From NCBI GenBank assembly GCA_041480755.1, contig JBGPAO010000002.1, positions 1 through 46,282 of the forward strand: 46,282 bases of DNA, in the 5' to 3' direction. The notes beneath the pieces are model-generated. The model ran no database searches. It saw only the letters and a program-made list of their open reading frames with translations, and was not told the DNA's origin. Below are positions 19,514-28,084 of the stretch, piece by piece. Both the position numbers and the translations under genes were made by a program. The DNA comes from Bacteroidia bacterium (GTDB taxonomy: Bacteria > Bacteroidota > Bacteroidia > Bacteroidales > SM23-62). How positions within the stretch are numbered: the stretch's first letter is position 1; every line of letters starts with the position of its first letter.

Positions 19514-22354
19514 ATGTCTAAGAACAAAAAGGAACTGTTTAGAGACAAAAAGACTGCTGAAACAACACTGAGGCTTTCTGTAATTGTTCCTGTCATAAAT
19601 AATGCCGGCAAACTTGATCTGTTGCTTGATTCCCTTGGAAAGATCAGAAAACCCTACGATAAGGACTGGCAGGTGATTTTTGCCGCACATGATCCCGGAA
19701 AAGTAATGGAAATCATTAATAAATATCCGGGATTTGAAGACCTGTCCAGAAAAAAAATCTTCACTGTATTGCCTGTTCAACCTGAAATGACTGACATCGA
19801 AGTCCTCAATCTTGCTTTGCAGTCGGCAGGTAAAAACAATATTCTGATATTTGATATAAGTACTCTTGAGCGTTCATTCAATTTTGAGGAAATTTTTTCT
19901 ATAAGCGAGGAAACTATTGCCGGACCGAAAGTAATTTATCCGGTTTTCAGGGATCAGGCAACCAAAGATCCTTCCAACAGACCAATGATCCTTGCAGAAA
20001 AAGAATTCCTTCAATATTTCCTTTCGCTTAAATTCAGCAGGAAGTGCGATTTCATGACCTGCTTTCATTATACAATTGAAAAACTTGGTATAGAACCTTT
20101 GGAAGTTGAGATCTCGCAGATCTCTCCGCTGGCTGCAGATCATCCGTACCCCAAAGGATTTTTCAGAAAAATAACTGACAGATTTCTTCTGTTTCTAAAC
20201 TGGTTCATCACTATTCCAGTACAGGAAATCCGGACCCGTCCTGAAAAACATTTCAGTTTCATAACCATTCCTTCCTGGTTCAGGCTCCTGTTTGTTTCTG
20301 CCGCACTCGCAATGGCTGTTGCCTTACCCCTGCTGAGCCTGCAGGCTGGCATATCAGGGGATGAAGAAAAACACTATGTCCATGCTGGAAAAGTTTTTAA
20401 CTACTTCGCTACCCATGGCGAAGATAAATCTGCATTATCAGATCCTGAAAATAAGCTGAATTATTACGGTCAGTCATTTGATCTGATAACGTACATTGTA
20501 AACCGGGTTTTCTCTGTCGACAAAATTTATGAAACACGCCACGTACTCAATTCTCTCATAGGATTTCTTGTTGTCCTTTTTACAGGACTGCTGGCCAGTT
20601 CTCTCGCAGGATACCGGGCCGGCCTTATCACTATGATACTCATTTTCTTTGCCCCGCGTTTTCTTGGCCATTCATTTAATAATTCCCTGGATGTCCCTTT
20701 TGCACTCGGCTATATTTTCACTATTTACTATATCATAAAATTCCTTAAAAAATTACCCCGGTTCTCTTATTCTTCAGCTTTCTGGATATGCATTGGAATA
20801 GCATGGACCATCAGTATACGTATTGGCGGTCTTATTCTCATTCCATATGCTTTCTTTTTTGCCGGCCTTTATCTTCTTGTAAATAAATGGGACTTTAAGC
20901 TCTTCTCAAGAGATGGCTACCTGATTATACGTAACGGACTGATTTTATTGGCAATTATTTCAGTTGCGGCATTTTTCCTTGGACTGGTCGCCTGGCCTTA
21001 TGGCCTCCAGAAGCCATTTAAAAATACGCTGGAAGCATTTAAACTGATGTCAAATATAACTGTGGCGTTAAGGGTATTGTTTAACGGGGAAATATTCTGG
21101 TCCAATAAACTTCCATGGTATTACTATTCAATGTATATTTTTTACACTGTCCCTGTTTTAATATTGACAGGCTTTCTTACTAATTTCTTTGTGTACAGGA
21201 TATATCGCAGATATATCAAACCCATATTTGTTTTATTCCTGTTCTTCGCGGCAATTTTCCCCCTGGCCTATGTGATCTATAGGTCATCAAATGTTTACGG
21301 AGGCTGGCGCCATGTGATGTTTGTTTTCCCTCCAATGGTGGTCGTTGCCGGAATTACTATCGACAGTGTTGCAAGGGTTCTTAAATCAAAATACCTGAGG
21401 TATGCAATATTACTGATAGTACTTGCAGGAATAGCCCATCCTGTAAGGTATATAGTTGCGAATCACCCGTTTGAATATATCTATTTTAATGAAATTATGG
21501 GTAATACGAAGAAAGCTTACGGGCGGTTCGAAACCGATTACTATCTCAACAGCCTCCGACAGGGTTCTGAATGGCTTATTAAAAATGTTCTCCCTGATGT
21601 GCCATCAGGCGAAAAAATCAAAGTTGCTACAAATGCCTCCGTGAATTATTACTTCAGGCATTATACCAGCAAAGTAACAACCCAGTACACACGTTATTAT
21701 GACCGGGGATCATACGATTGGGATTATGCTGTCTTTTTTTGCAATTATATAGATCCTTACCAGCTGAAAAATAATATATGGCCGCCTTATAAAACCATTC
21801 ATACAATTGAGGTTGATCATGTGCCCATATGTGCTGTTGTAAAGCGCGAAAGCAAGCAGGATTACGACGGGATAAAGCTTCTTGATCAGAAAGATTTCGC
21901 AAACGGAATACCTCTGCTTGAAGAGGTTATCACCAGGGAGCCTTATAATGAAATAGTCATGCTCAGGCTAGGGGAGGCATATATTCAGATGGAGCAGTAT
22001 AATGACGCCCACAGGATTTTGGATAAATGCCTGAAAATCTATCCCGATTATGATAAAGCTCTGAATCTGAAAGGAATAGCCTATATGCAGAATGGAAAAT
22101 ATAATGAAGCGATCTCTGTTTTTATACATATTATCACTAAAGTGAATTATCGTTTTGTCACAGCATACCACAATCTTGCAGTCCTGTATTTAAGGCAGAA
22201 TGATCCTGAAACTGCTAAAAGCTACCTGCGCAAGGCAATTGATGTCAACAGTAATTACAAACCTGCATATCTGGCCATGGCAGAAATCCTGACCCGTCAG
22301 GGTTTGACTAACGAAGCTAATAAGTACATGCAGGTTGCAAATACACTCGAGTAA
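19514..22354 (+). CDS. Tripartite membrane protein: degenerate GT2-like N-domain, polytopic GT-C (PMT/ArnT-like) core, C-terminal TPR repeats
   Basis: The N-terminus has LSVIVPVINNAGKLDLLLDSL but no DxD (it reads IFDIST). It is followed by many hydrophobic helices, with an acidic first-loop motif (SGDEEKHY). The C-terminal ~150 aa are TPR-like (LGEAYIQMEQYNDAHRILDKCLKIYPDYDKALNLKGIAYMQNGKYNEA...). Confidence 0.55.
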   Translation: MSKNKKELFRDKKTAETTLRLSVIVPVINNAGKLDLLLDSLGKIRKPYDKDWQVIFAAHDPGKVMEIINKYPGFEDLSRKKIFTVLPVQPEMTDIEVLNLALQSAGKNNILIFDISTLERSFNFEEIFSISEETIAGPKVIYPVFRDQATKDPSNRPMILAEKEFLQYFLSLKFSRKCDFMTCFHYTIEKLGIEPLEVEISQISPLAADHPYPKGFFRKITDRFLLFLNWFITIPVQEIRTRPEKHFSFITIPSWFRLLFVSAALAMAVALPLLSLQAGISGDEEKHYVHAGKVFNYFATHGEDKSALSDPENKLNYYGQSFDLITYIVNRVFSVDKIYETRHVLNSLIGFLVVLFTGLLASSLAGYRAGLITMILIFFAPRFLGHSFNNSLDVPFALGYIFTIYYIIKFLKKLPRFSYSSAFWICIGIAWTISIRIGGLILIPYAFFFAGLYLLVNKWDFKLFSRDGYLIIRNGLILLAIISVAAFFLGLVAWPYGLQKPFKNTLEAFKLMSNITVALRVLFNGEIFWSNKLPWYYYSMYIFYTVPVLILTGFLTNFFVYRIYRRYIKPIFVLFLFFAAIFPLAYVIYRSSNVYGGWRHVMFVFPPMVVVAGITIDSVARVLKSKYLRYAILLIVLAGIAHPVRYIVANHPFEYIYFNEIMGNTKKAYGRFETDYYLNSLRQGSEWLIKNVLPDVPSGEKIKVATNASVNYYFRHYTSKVTTQYTRYYDRGSYDWDYAVFFCNYIDPYQLKNNIWPPYKTIHTIEVDHVPICAVVKRESKQDYDGIKLLDQKDFANGIPLLEEVITREPYNEIVMLRLGEAYIQMEQYNDAHRILDKCLKIYPDYDKALNLKGIAYMQNGKYNEAISVFIHIITKVNYRFVTAYHNLAVLYLRQNDPETAKSYLRKAIDVNSNYKPAYLAMAEILTRQGLTNEANKYMQVANTLE

Positions 22355-22367
22355 GAAAATCGCGAAA

Positions 22368-23810
22368 ATGAAAATTGCAGTTATAGGAGCAGGAGCGGCA
22401 GGACTGACTGCTGCATACCAGATTTCCAGGGAAATTTCTTCAGGTAAAGTCACGTCACTCGATGTATATGAGGCAGGATCCCAGGTTGGCGGTCTGGCCA
22501 GATCGATCAATATATGGAACCAGAAAACTGACATGGGGCCACATCGCTTTTTCAGTAACGATAAAAAGGTTAACGGTCTGTGGCTTGAGGTTGTCGGGAA
22601 AGACTATAAAATGGTTAACCGGAAAACCCGTATCTACTATAAAAAGAAGTTTTTTGATTATCCGTTGAAACCACTAAATGCGCTGAAGAATATGGGATTA
22701 TTTGAAGCTGCGTGGTGTATGCTCAGTTATATGAAAGAGAAAGTAATCCCGACAAAAGATACAGGGACCTTTGAATCATGGGTTACAAAACAGTTCGGAA
22801 AAAGGCTGTACCAGATCTTTTTCAAAACTTACAGCGAAAAACTATGGGGAATAAAATGCACTGAACTTGATTCGGATTTTGCTTCCCAGAGAATCAAACG
22901 GCTGTCCCTTTTCGAAGCGGTCAAAAACGCCATTCTGAGCGGCAAAGGCAACGTTCATAAAACACTTGTCGACCAGTTTGCCTATCCAACCGGAGGCACG
23001 GGCATGGTATATGAAAATATGGCGGCTTTTATCAGTAAAAATGGCGGTACAATTTATCTTAATGCAAGTGTCAACAAAGTTCTGACCAGTGAAGGTAAAG
23101 TGACAGGATTACAGCTCGATAACGGCGAATTAAAGTACTATGACCACATTATTTCCACAATGCCATTATCTCTGCTTGTAACCAGGCTGCCTGAAGTTCC
23201 TGAAAACATCAAACAGTTTGCTTTGTCACTTAAATTCAGGAATACGATCCTGGTCTATCTTAGAGTGAACCATTCCAGCCTTTTCCCGGACCAGTGGCTG
23301 TATATCCATTCCGGTGACATAATAATGGGCAGGATGACAAATTTCAGGAACTGGATACCTGAACTCTATGGAAATGAAAAGGATTCCATACTATGCATTG
23401 AATACTGGTGCAATTTTGACGATCCGTTCTGGCAAATTGAAGATAAAGAGCTGATAGATTTAGCCAGGAAAGAAGTTCTTTCGACAGGACTGATTAAAGA
23501 TGAAGCTATCCCGGAAGGACATATAATCAGGATACCCCGCTCCTATCCGGTCTATTTCCGGAATTACAGGAAAATCCTTGCGCCAATCCAGGATTATCTC
23601 GATACAATTGAGGACCTGCAGGTTATCGGAAGGTACGGGGCATACAAATATAATAATCAGGATCATAGTATATTCATGGGACTTCTTGCAGCTGAAAATG
23701 TTTTGTATAATGAGAATAATGATCTATGGGGAATTAATACCGACTACGACACTTACCAGGAATCCTCAGTTATCAGCGAAACCGGGCTCGTGGATATACA
23801 AACCAATTGA
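22368..23810 (+). CDS. FAD-dependent flavoenzyme, UDP-galactopyranose-mutase-like
   Basis: The start MKIAVIGAGAAGLTAAY is an N-terminal dinucleotide fold. GPHRFF, YSEKLWG and GRYGAYKYNNQDH correspond to the Glf motifs GAHIFH, YTEKQWG and GRLAEYKYYDMHQ. The ATG at 22368 avoids overlap with the upstream gene. Confidence 0.65.
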   Translation: MKIAVIGAGAAGLTAAYQISREISSGKVTSLDVYEAGSQVGGLARSINIWNQKTDMGPHRFFSNDKKVNGLWLEVVGKDYKMVNRKTRIYYKKKFFDYPLKPLNALKNMGLFEAAWCMLSYMKEKVIPTKDTGTFESWVTKQFGKRLYQIFFKTYSEKLWGIKCTELDSDFASQRIKRLSLFEAVKNAILSGKGNVHKTLVDQFAYPTGGTGMVYENMAAFISKNGGTIYLNASVNKVLTSEGKVTGLQLDNGELKYYDHIISTMPLSLLVTRLPEVPENIKQFALSLKFRNTILVYLRVNHSSLFPDQWLYIHSGDIIMGRMTNFRNWIPELYGNEKDSILCIEYWCNFDDPFWQIEDKELIDLARKEVLSTGLIKDEAIPEGHIIRIPRSYPVYFRNYRKILAPIQDYLDTIEDLQVIGRYGAYKYNNQDHSIFMGLLAAENVLYNENNDLWGINTDYDTYQESSVISETGLVDIQTN

Positions 23811-23818
23811 GGAATCAT

Positions 23819-23826
23819 TATATTTG
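23819..23826 (+). promoter_or_regulatory. Putative -7 box (TATATTTG) upstream of the PASTA-protein gene
   Basis: It is a perfect TAnnTTTG, 17 nt before the ATG at 23844. There is no convincing -33 element. Confidence 0.3.
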
Positions 23827-23843
23827 AATGCAAAAGCAAAATA

Positions 23844-24656
23844 ATGGATTTCTTAAAATTCCTTATAAGCAAATTATTCTGGAAGAATCTTGCCCTGGCA
23901 GTCCTGATAATATTCGTTGCATTTGTCTTCATGTTTATATTTCTCAGGATCTACACAAGACATGGCCAGGCCCTGAGCGTACCCGATCTCAGAGGCCTGT
24001 CAATCGAAGAAGCAAAAGAAGTTCTTACGCGCAAAAAGCTGACCTTACAGATTATTGATTCGGTATATAATAACATTGTGCCCCGCGGCTGTATTGTTGA
24101 ACAAAATCCCCCGCCGGATTTCAAGGTTAAGGAAACCCGTACAATTTTCCTTACCATAAACGCGTTTAATCCTGAAATGGTTCTGATGCCAAATGTTCTG
24201 GGCATCAGCCTGAGGCAGGCACAGGCTGTTATAGAAACTGCCGGGTTAATCGTTGGAAGGCTTACTTATGTACCTGATATAGCCGTCAATAACGTCCTTG
24301 AGCAGAAATATCAGAGCGAAATGATTGAGCCCGGAGATTCGGTTGCCAAAGGTTCAATAATCGATCTCGTCGTGGGAAGAGGGTTGAGTGATGAAAAGAC
24401 TGCTGCACCTAACCTTTTAGGGATGTACCTTGAAGATGCAATTAACAGAATAACATCAAGGTACCTGAATATCGGCGCAGTAATATATGATGGATCAATC
24501 GTCGATTTTGAAGATTCTTTGTTCGCATTCATCTGGAAACAGAATCCGGTTTATAATGACGAAACACTGATTAACCTGGGATCAACCGTAGATATATGGC
24601 TTACAGTAGACTCAACCAAACTGCCTGTTGCCGACACATTGAATATTAGACGTTGA
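23844..24656 (+). CDS. Membrane-anchored protein with three PASTA domains (no kinase or PBP domain)
   Basis: An N-terminal TM helix is followed by three ~65-aa repeats, each opening with VPDL/MPNV/APNL-xG-x-S/L and closing with a GxxV/IDLxxG-like strand. Confidence 0.75.
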   Translation: MDFLKFLISKLFWKNLALAVLIIFVAFVFMFIFLRIYTRHGQALSVPDLRGLSIEEAKEVLTRKKLTLQIIDSVYNNIVPRGCIVEQNPPPDFKVKETRTIFLTINAFNPEMVLMPNVLGISLRQAQAVIETAGLIVGRLTYVPDIAVNNVLEQKYQSEMIEPGDSVAKGSIIDLVVGRGLSDEKTAAPNLLGMYLEDAINRITSRYLNIGAVIYDGSIVDFEDSLFAFIWKQNPVYNDETLINLGSTVDIWLTVDSTKLPVADTLNIRR

Positions 24657-24663
24657 ATCGGTT

Positions 24664-26520
24664 ATGATCAGAAAATTCCTAATTTTTCTTGCTTTAAGCG
24701 GGTATTTATTATTTATTTATTTGCCCGCTGGTTCCCAGGAATTCCTTGTCCCTGCTCCGACAGTAGCATCCGGTAGTCAGCGCCACGTCTCTCATCTTAA
24801 AGCCGGCATTCTTGATACGCTGGACCTTCCTTTCTTCGACGACTTCTCACGAAGCGTCGGTTTTCCTGATCCCGGCCTCTGGTCAGATGTATACGTTTTT
24901 ATTAATAACAGTTATCCTGATGATCCTGTTTCTCTTGGTGTAGCCACATTTGACGCCATTAATAGCTCAGGTTACCTGAATGGCGATTCAGACATACCAT
25001 TTGAATCAGATTTCCTTACATCCATGCCGCTGAACCTGGATTACCCCGTACAAAATGATACATGGCTCAGTTTCTTTTACCAGCCACAGGGTTTTGGGGA
25101 TGAACCTGAACCAGGGGATTCGCTTACAGTTGAATTCTATTCTCCTCTCAGTAGCGAATGGAGATCAGTGTGGTCCGTGGAAGGCCGGCCGCTGGCTCCT
25201 TTTACCCGGGTATGGATCCAGGTCGATGACACATCATATTTTCATACCGGATTCAGGTTCAGGTTTAAAAATTATGCCAGCCTCCCAAAAAGCCAGAGCT
25301 TTCTGGGATATGATTCCAATGCCGACCACTGGAACATAGACTATGTTTATCTTGATAAAGGCAGATCAGAAACTGATACTTCAATAAAGGATGTTTCCAT
25401 GATCACCAATCTTACATCCATATTAAAATCTTATGAATCCGTCCCCTGGAGCCATTTCCCCAATGCATTCCTGACAGAGATCCAGCCATCACTGAAAATC
25501 ACTTACAGGAATAATGATATCATTACACGAAATGTTACAAGGTTTTTTCAAATCAGGGACCTGATGTCAGGTTCAGCTCCGTATACTCTCCCCGGCGGAG
25601 CAGTCAATGTTGAACCAGGTGAAAAACATGAATATGAATTTCCTTTTAATTATTCTTTCGATGAAACCAATTATGATTCAGCTATATTCAGCATAATATC
25701 ATTCCTGGTTACTGATGAGGATGACTATAAATGGAACGACACAATAACCCGTTACCAGGTATTCAATAATTATTATGCATATGATGACGGGACAGCCGAA
25801 GCCGGGTATGGACTAAGCGGTGAAGGAACGGCAGGTGCAGCGGTTGCTTACAGGTTTAAGACCTATAAGGAAGATACACTCAGGTCTGTCAGGATGTACT
25901 TCAACCGGACTGCGGATAATTCAAGCCAGGTGTATTTCCGTCTTGCAGTCTGGGATAATGACGAGAATAACGATCGTCCGGGGAACCTGATTTGCTCCAT
26001 GCCGGGTAACAAGCCGGAATATCTTGATGAACTGAATAAATTTTCTACCTACACTTTCGATACACTGCTGGTTGTTTCTGATTTTTTCTATGTCGGATGG
26101 ATCCAGACTTCAACTGCCCTGATGAATGTCGGATTTGACAAGAATAATAATAACCGGAATAATATCTTCTACAACCTTGGACAGGAATGGTTTAATTCTT
26201 CATTTAACGGATCTCTCATGATAAGGCCTGTCCTGGGTAAAAAGTCTGCAGGGACATCATCAGTAAACAACCTGACGTCGAATGAATTGCAGGTATTTCC
26301 AAATCCTGCTTCAGATTTTATCCGTTTTGAATTGCCTTCATATACAGGTGATTTTCCAGCAACAATTAGTATCTTTAATCTTCAGGGGAAACTTGTTTCC
26401 AGTATCATGGTGAAGGATGAGAACATATCGGTATATAATCTTTTACCCGGAATATATATACTCAGGGCTGAAATCCCCGGATTAGGCGCTTACAATACCA
26501 AACTGCTGATATCAAGATAA
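24664..26520 (+). CDS. Secreted protein of unknown function with a T9SS type-A C-terminal sorting domain
   Basis: It has a signal peptide (MIRKFLIFLALSGYLLFIYLPAGSQE). The C-terminal ~80 aa (LQVFPNPASDFIRFEL...GIYILRAEI...KLLISR) match the Por/T9SS CTD pattern. Confidence 0.8.
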   Translation: MIRKFLIFLALSGYLLFIYLPAGSQEFLVPAPTVASGSQRHVSHLKAGILDTLDLPFFDDFSRSVGFPDPGLWSDVYVFINNSYPDDPVSLGVATFDAINSSGYLNGDSDIPFESDFLTSMPLNLDYPVQNDTWLSFFYQPQGFGDEPEPGDSLTVEFYSPLSSEWRSVWSVEGRPLAPFTRVWIQVDDTSYFHTGFRFRFKNYASLPKSQSFLGYDSNADHWNIDYVYLDKGRSETDTSIKDVSMITNLTSILKSYESVPWSHFPNAFLTEIQPSLKITYRNNDIITRNVTRFFQIRDLMSGSAPYTLPGGAVNVEPGEKHEYEFPFNYSFDETNYDSAIFSIISFLVTDEDDYKWNDTITRYQVFNNYYAYDDGTAEAGYGLSGEGTAGAAVAYRFKTYKEDTLRSVRMYFNRTADNSSQVYFRLAVWDNDENNDRPGNLICSMPGNKPEYLDELNKFSTYTFDTLLVVSDFFYVGWIQTSTALMNVGFDKNNNNRNNIFYNLGQEWFNSSFNGSLMIRPVLGKKSAGTSSVNNLTSNELQVFPNPASDFIRFELPSYTGDFPATISIFNLQGKLVSSIMVKDENISVYNLLPGIYILRAEIPGLGAYNTKLLISR

Positions 26521-26588
26521 TTGCAGACCACAATATAATCACAGATCACAGGTAAGTTGCTGATCACCAAATAATTTCAAATCCTTAT

Positions 26589-27665
26589 ATGTTTGAAGAC
26601 GAACTGCCCGAACAACCTGGTGTCCATGAACCCAACCGGATCACAGAGGATGAATTGTCCGAACAATCTGAACTTTATGAACACTATCGGATCATAGTGG
26701 ACAAAGGCCAGCAGCCACTTCGCATCGATAAGTATCTGTTTAACCGTCTCCCGCAAACTTCGCGTACGCGAATCCAGAATGCCGCAATGGCAGGGAATAT
26801 TCTTGTTAATGAAAAATCTGTCAAATCAAATTTCAAAGTCAGGCCTGAAGACATAATCAGTATTGTCCTGCCGCATCCGCCAAGAAAAACAGAAATAATA
26901 CCGGAAAACTTACCTCTTAATATCATTTATGAAGATGATGATTTACTGATTATCAATAAGGAAGCCGGTATGGTAGTGCATCCGGGAATCAGCAATTTTA
27001 CAGGTACAATGGTGAATGCCCTGTATTATTATTTTAAAGACCTCCCCTTGTTCAAAAGCGGGGATATAAGGCCGGGACTGGTTCACCGCATCGACAAAAA
27101 TACTTCAGGCATCCTTGTTGTGGCAAAAACTGAGTTTGCTTTGAACCACCTTGCCAACCAGTTCTACTACCATAAAATAAATCGGATATATAATGCTTTG
27201 GTATGGGGTATACCTGCCAGCAGTGAGGGTACGATTGAAGGAAATATAGGGCGGAGCCAGAAAGACAGGAAAAAAATGAAGGTTTATCCGGGTGGCCTGC
27301 ATGGAAAACCCGCAATAACCCATTACAAAGTTATTGAAGAACTGGGCTATATAAGCCTTGTCGAATGCAAGCTTGAAACAGGCAGGACCCATCAGATCAG
27401 GACTCATTTCGAATACATTAAACATCCCGTGTTTAATGATGAAGTTTACGGCGGTGACAGGATCATTAAAGGAACCACCTTTACGAAGTACCGGCAATTT
27501 GTAAAAAATTGTTTTGAGATCATTCCCCGCCAGGCCCTCCATGCCAAATCACTTGGCTTCATCCATCCCCGCACCGGCAAGGAAATGTTCTTTGATTCAG
27601 ACCTGCCGGATGATATGAAAAGAGTGATTGAAAAGTGGAGGAAATACATCATTGGAAGAGCGTGA
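26589..27665 (+). CDS. rluD: 23S rRNA pseudouridine synthase, RluD family
   Basis: It has an S4 domain (RIDKYLFNRL...) and the RluA-family catalytic motif HRIDKNTSGILVVAKT, plus GRTHQIR. Confidence 0.9.
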   Translation: MFEDELPEQPGVHEPNRITEDELSEQSELYEHYRIIVDKGQQPLRIDKYLFNRLPQTSRTRIQNAAMAGNILVNEKSVKSNFKVRPEDIISIVLPHPPRKTEIIPENLPLNIIYEDDDLLIINKEAGMVVHPGISNFTGTMVNALYYYFKDLPLFKSGDIRPGLVHRIDKNTSGILVVAKTEFALNHLANQFYYHKINRIYNALVWGIPASSEGTIEGNIGRSQKDRKKMKVYPGGLHGKPAITHYKVIEELGYISLVECKLETGRTHQIRTHFEYIKHPVFNDEVYGGDRIIKGTTFTKYRQFVKNCFEIIPRQALHAKSLGFIHPRTGKEMFFDSDLPDDMKRVIEKWRKYIIGRA

Positions 27666-27701
27666 GGCGTGAAGCGTGAATCGTAAGTCGGGGGAGTCGG
27701 G
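27660..27701. repeat. Heptamer array I (GCGTGAG GCGTGAA GCGTGAA TCGTAAG TCGGGGG AGTCGGG)
   Basis: Six consecutive 7-nt units read directly from the sequence. The first unit contains the rluD TGA stop codon. Confidence 0.75.
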
Positions 27702-27744
27702 AGAAATGTTAAACTTGAAGCAGAGAGCGAAGGTCGGGAAACTT

Positions 27745-27835
27745 AATGATGATTTATGAGTGATGAATTATGAGTGATGAGAACAGGGGGCAAAGAGCGG
27801 AGAGCGGAGAGCGGAGAGCGGAGGGCGGAGGGCGA
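27745..27835. repeat. Heptamer array II: 13 in-phase 7-nt units (5x ANTNATG, 2 transition units, 6x AGRGCGR)
   Basis: The units are AATGATG ATTTATG AGTGATG AATTATG AGTGATG AGAACAG GGGGCAA AGAGCGG x4 AGGGCGG AGGGCGA. Phase is unbroken and the plus strand is purine-rich. Confidence 0.85.
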
Positions 27836-27998
27836 AGAAATGACTAAAATGACAAATGACTGAAATTCGGCGGAAGAGATGGCGAATAGAATAAAGACAG
27901 GAAAATTGAACCAAAAGAAAAGCAAACTGGAAGACATAAAACCTGTTATAAATACAGTAACAGCAAAAAAAACATAATTTTAAATTTAAATATTCGCT

Positions 27999-28047
27999 GC
28001 TCTATGCTCTTAGCCCTAAGCTCTCTGCCCCATGCCCCATGCTTCAG
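27999..28047. repeat. Heptamer array III (GCTCTAT GCTCTTA GCCCTAA GCTCTCT GCCCCAT GCCCCAT GCTTCAG), inverted relative to array II
   Basis: There are seven units with consensus GCYCYNN, the reverse complement of the AGRGC core of array II. It ends in the 14-mer GCCCCATGCTTCAG, which also occurs at 36943..36956. Confidence 0.85.
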
Positions 28048-28084
28048 AAAAAAGTTATAATTTTATGAGTTGAATTCAGATTCG

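Noticed and set aside
19391-19780. A 129-aa minus-strand ORF overlapping the rpmH 3' end, its terminator and the start of the 946-aa gene.
   Set aside because: It crosses a strong terminator hairpin and two better-supported plus-strand features, and its sequence has no family resemblance.
21525-21535. A T-loop-like GGTTCGAAACC string that could indicate a tRNA.
   Set aside because: It lies inside the 946-aa CDS, and the flanks form no acceptor or anticodon stems. I found no tRNA, rRNA, tmRNA or RNase P signatures in any intergenic region.
22335-22367. The upstream ATG given in the ORF track for the flavoenzyme gene.
   Set aside because: It overlaps the last 20 nt of the preceding gene and adds 11 residues before the Rossmann beta-strand. 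The ATG at 22368 gives the canonical MKIAVIGAGAAG N-terminus.
27743-27937. A 64-aa minus-strand ORF, and a 33-codon plus-strand ORF (27879..27980), inside the gene-less heptamer locus.
   Set aside because: The 64-aa ORF's periodic sequence (SPSALRSPLSALRSLPP) is simply the translation of the 7-nt arrays. Neither ORF has a recognisable family, a start context or resemblance to the four-helix protein.
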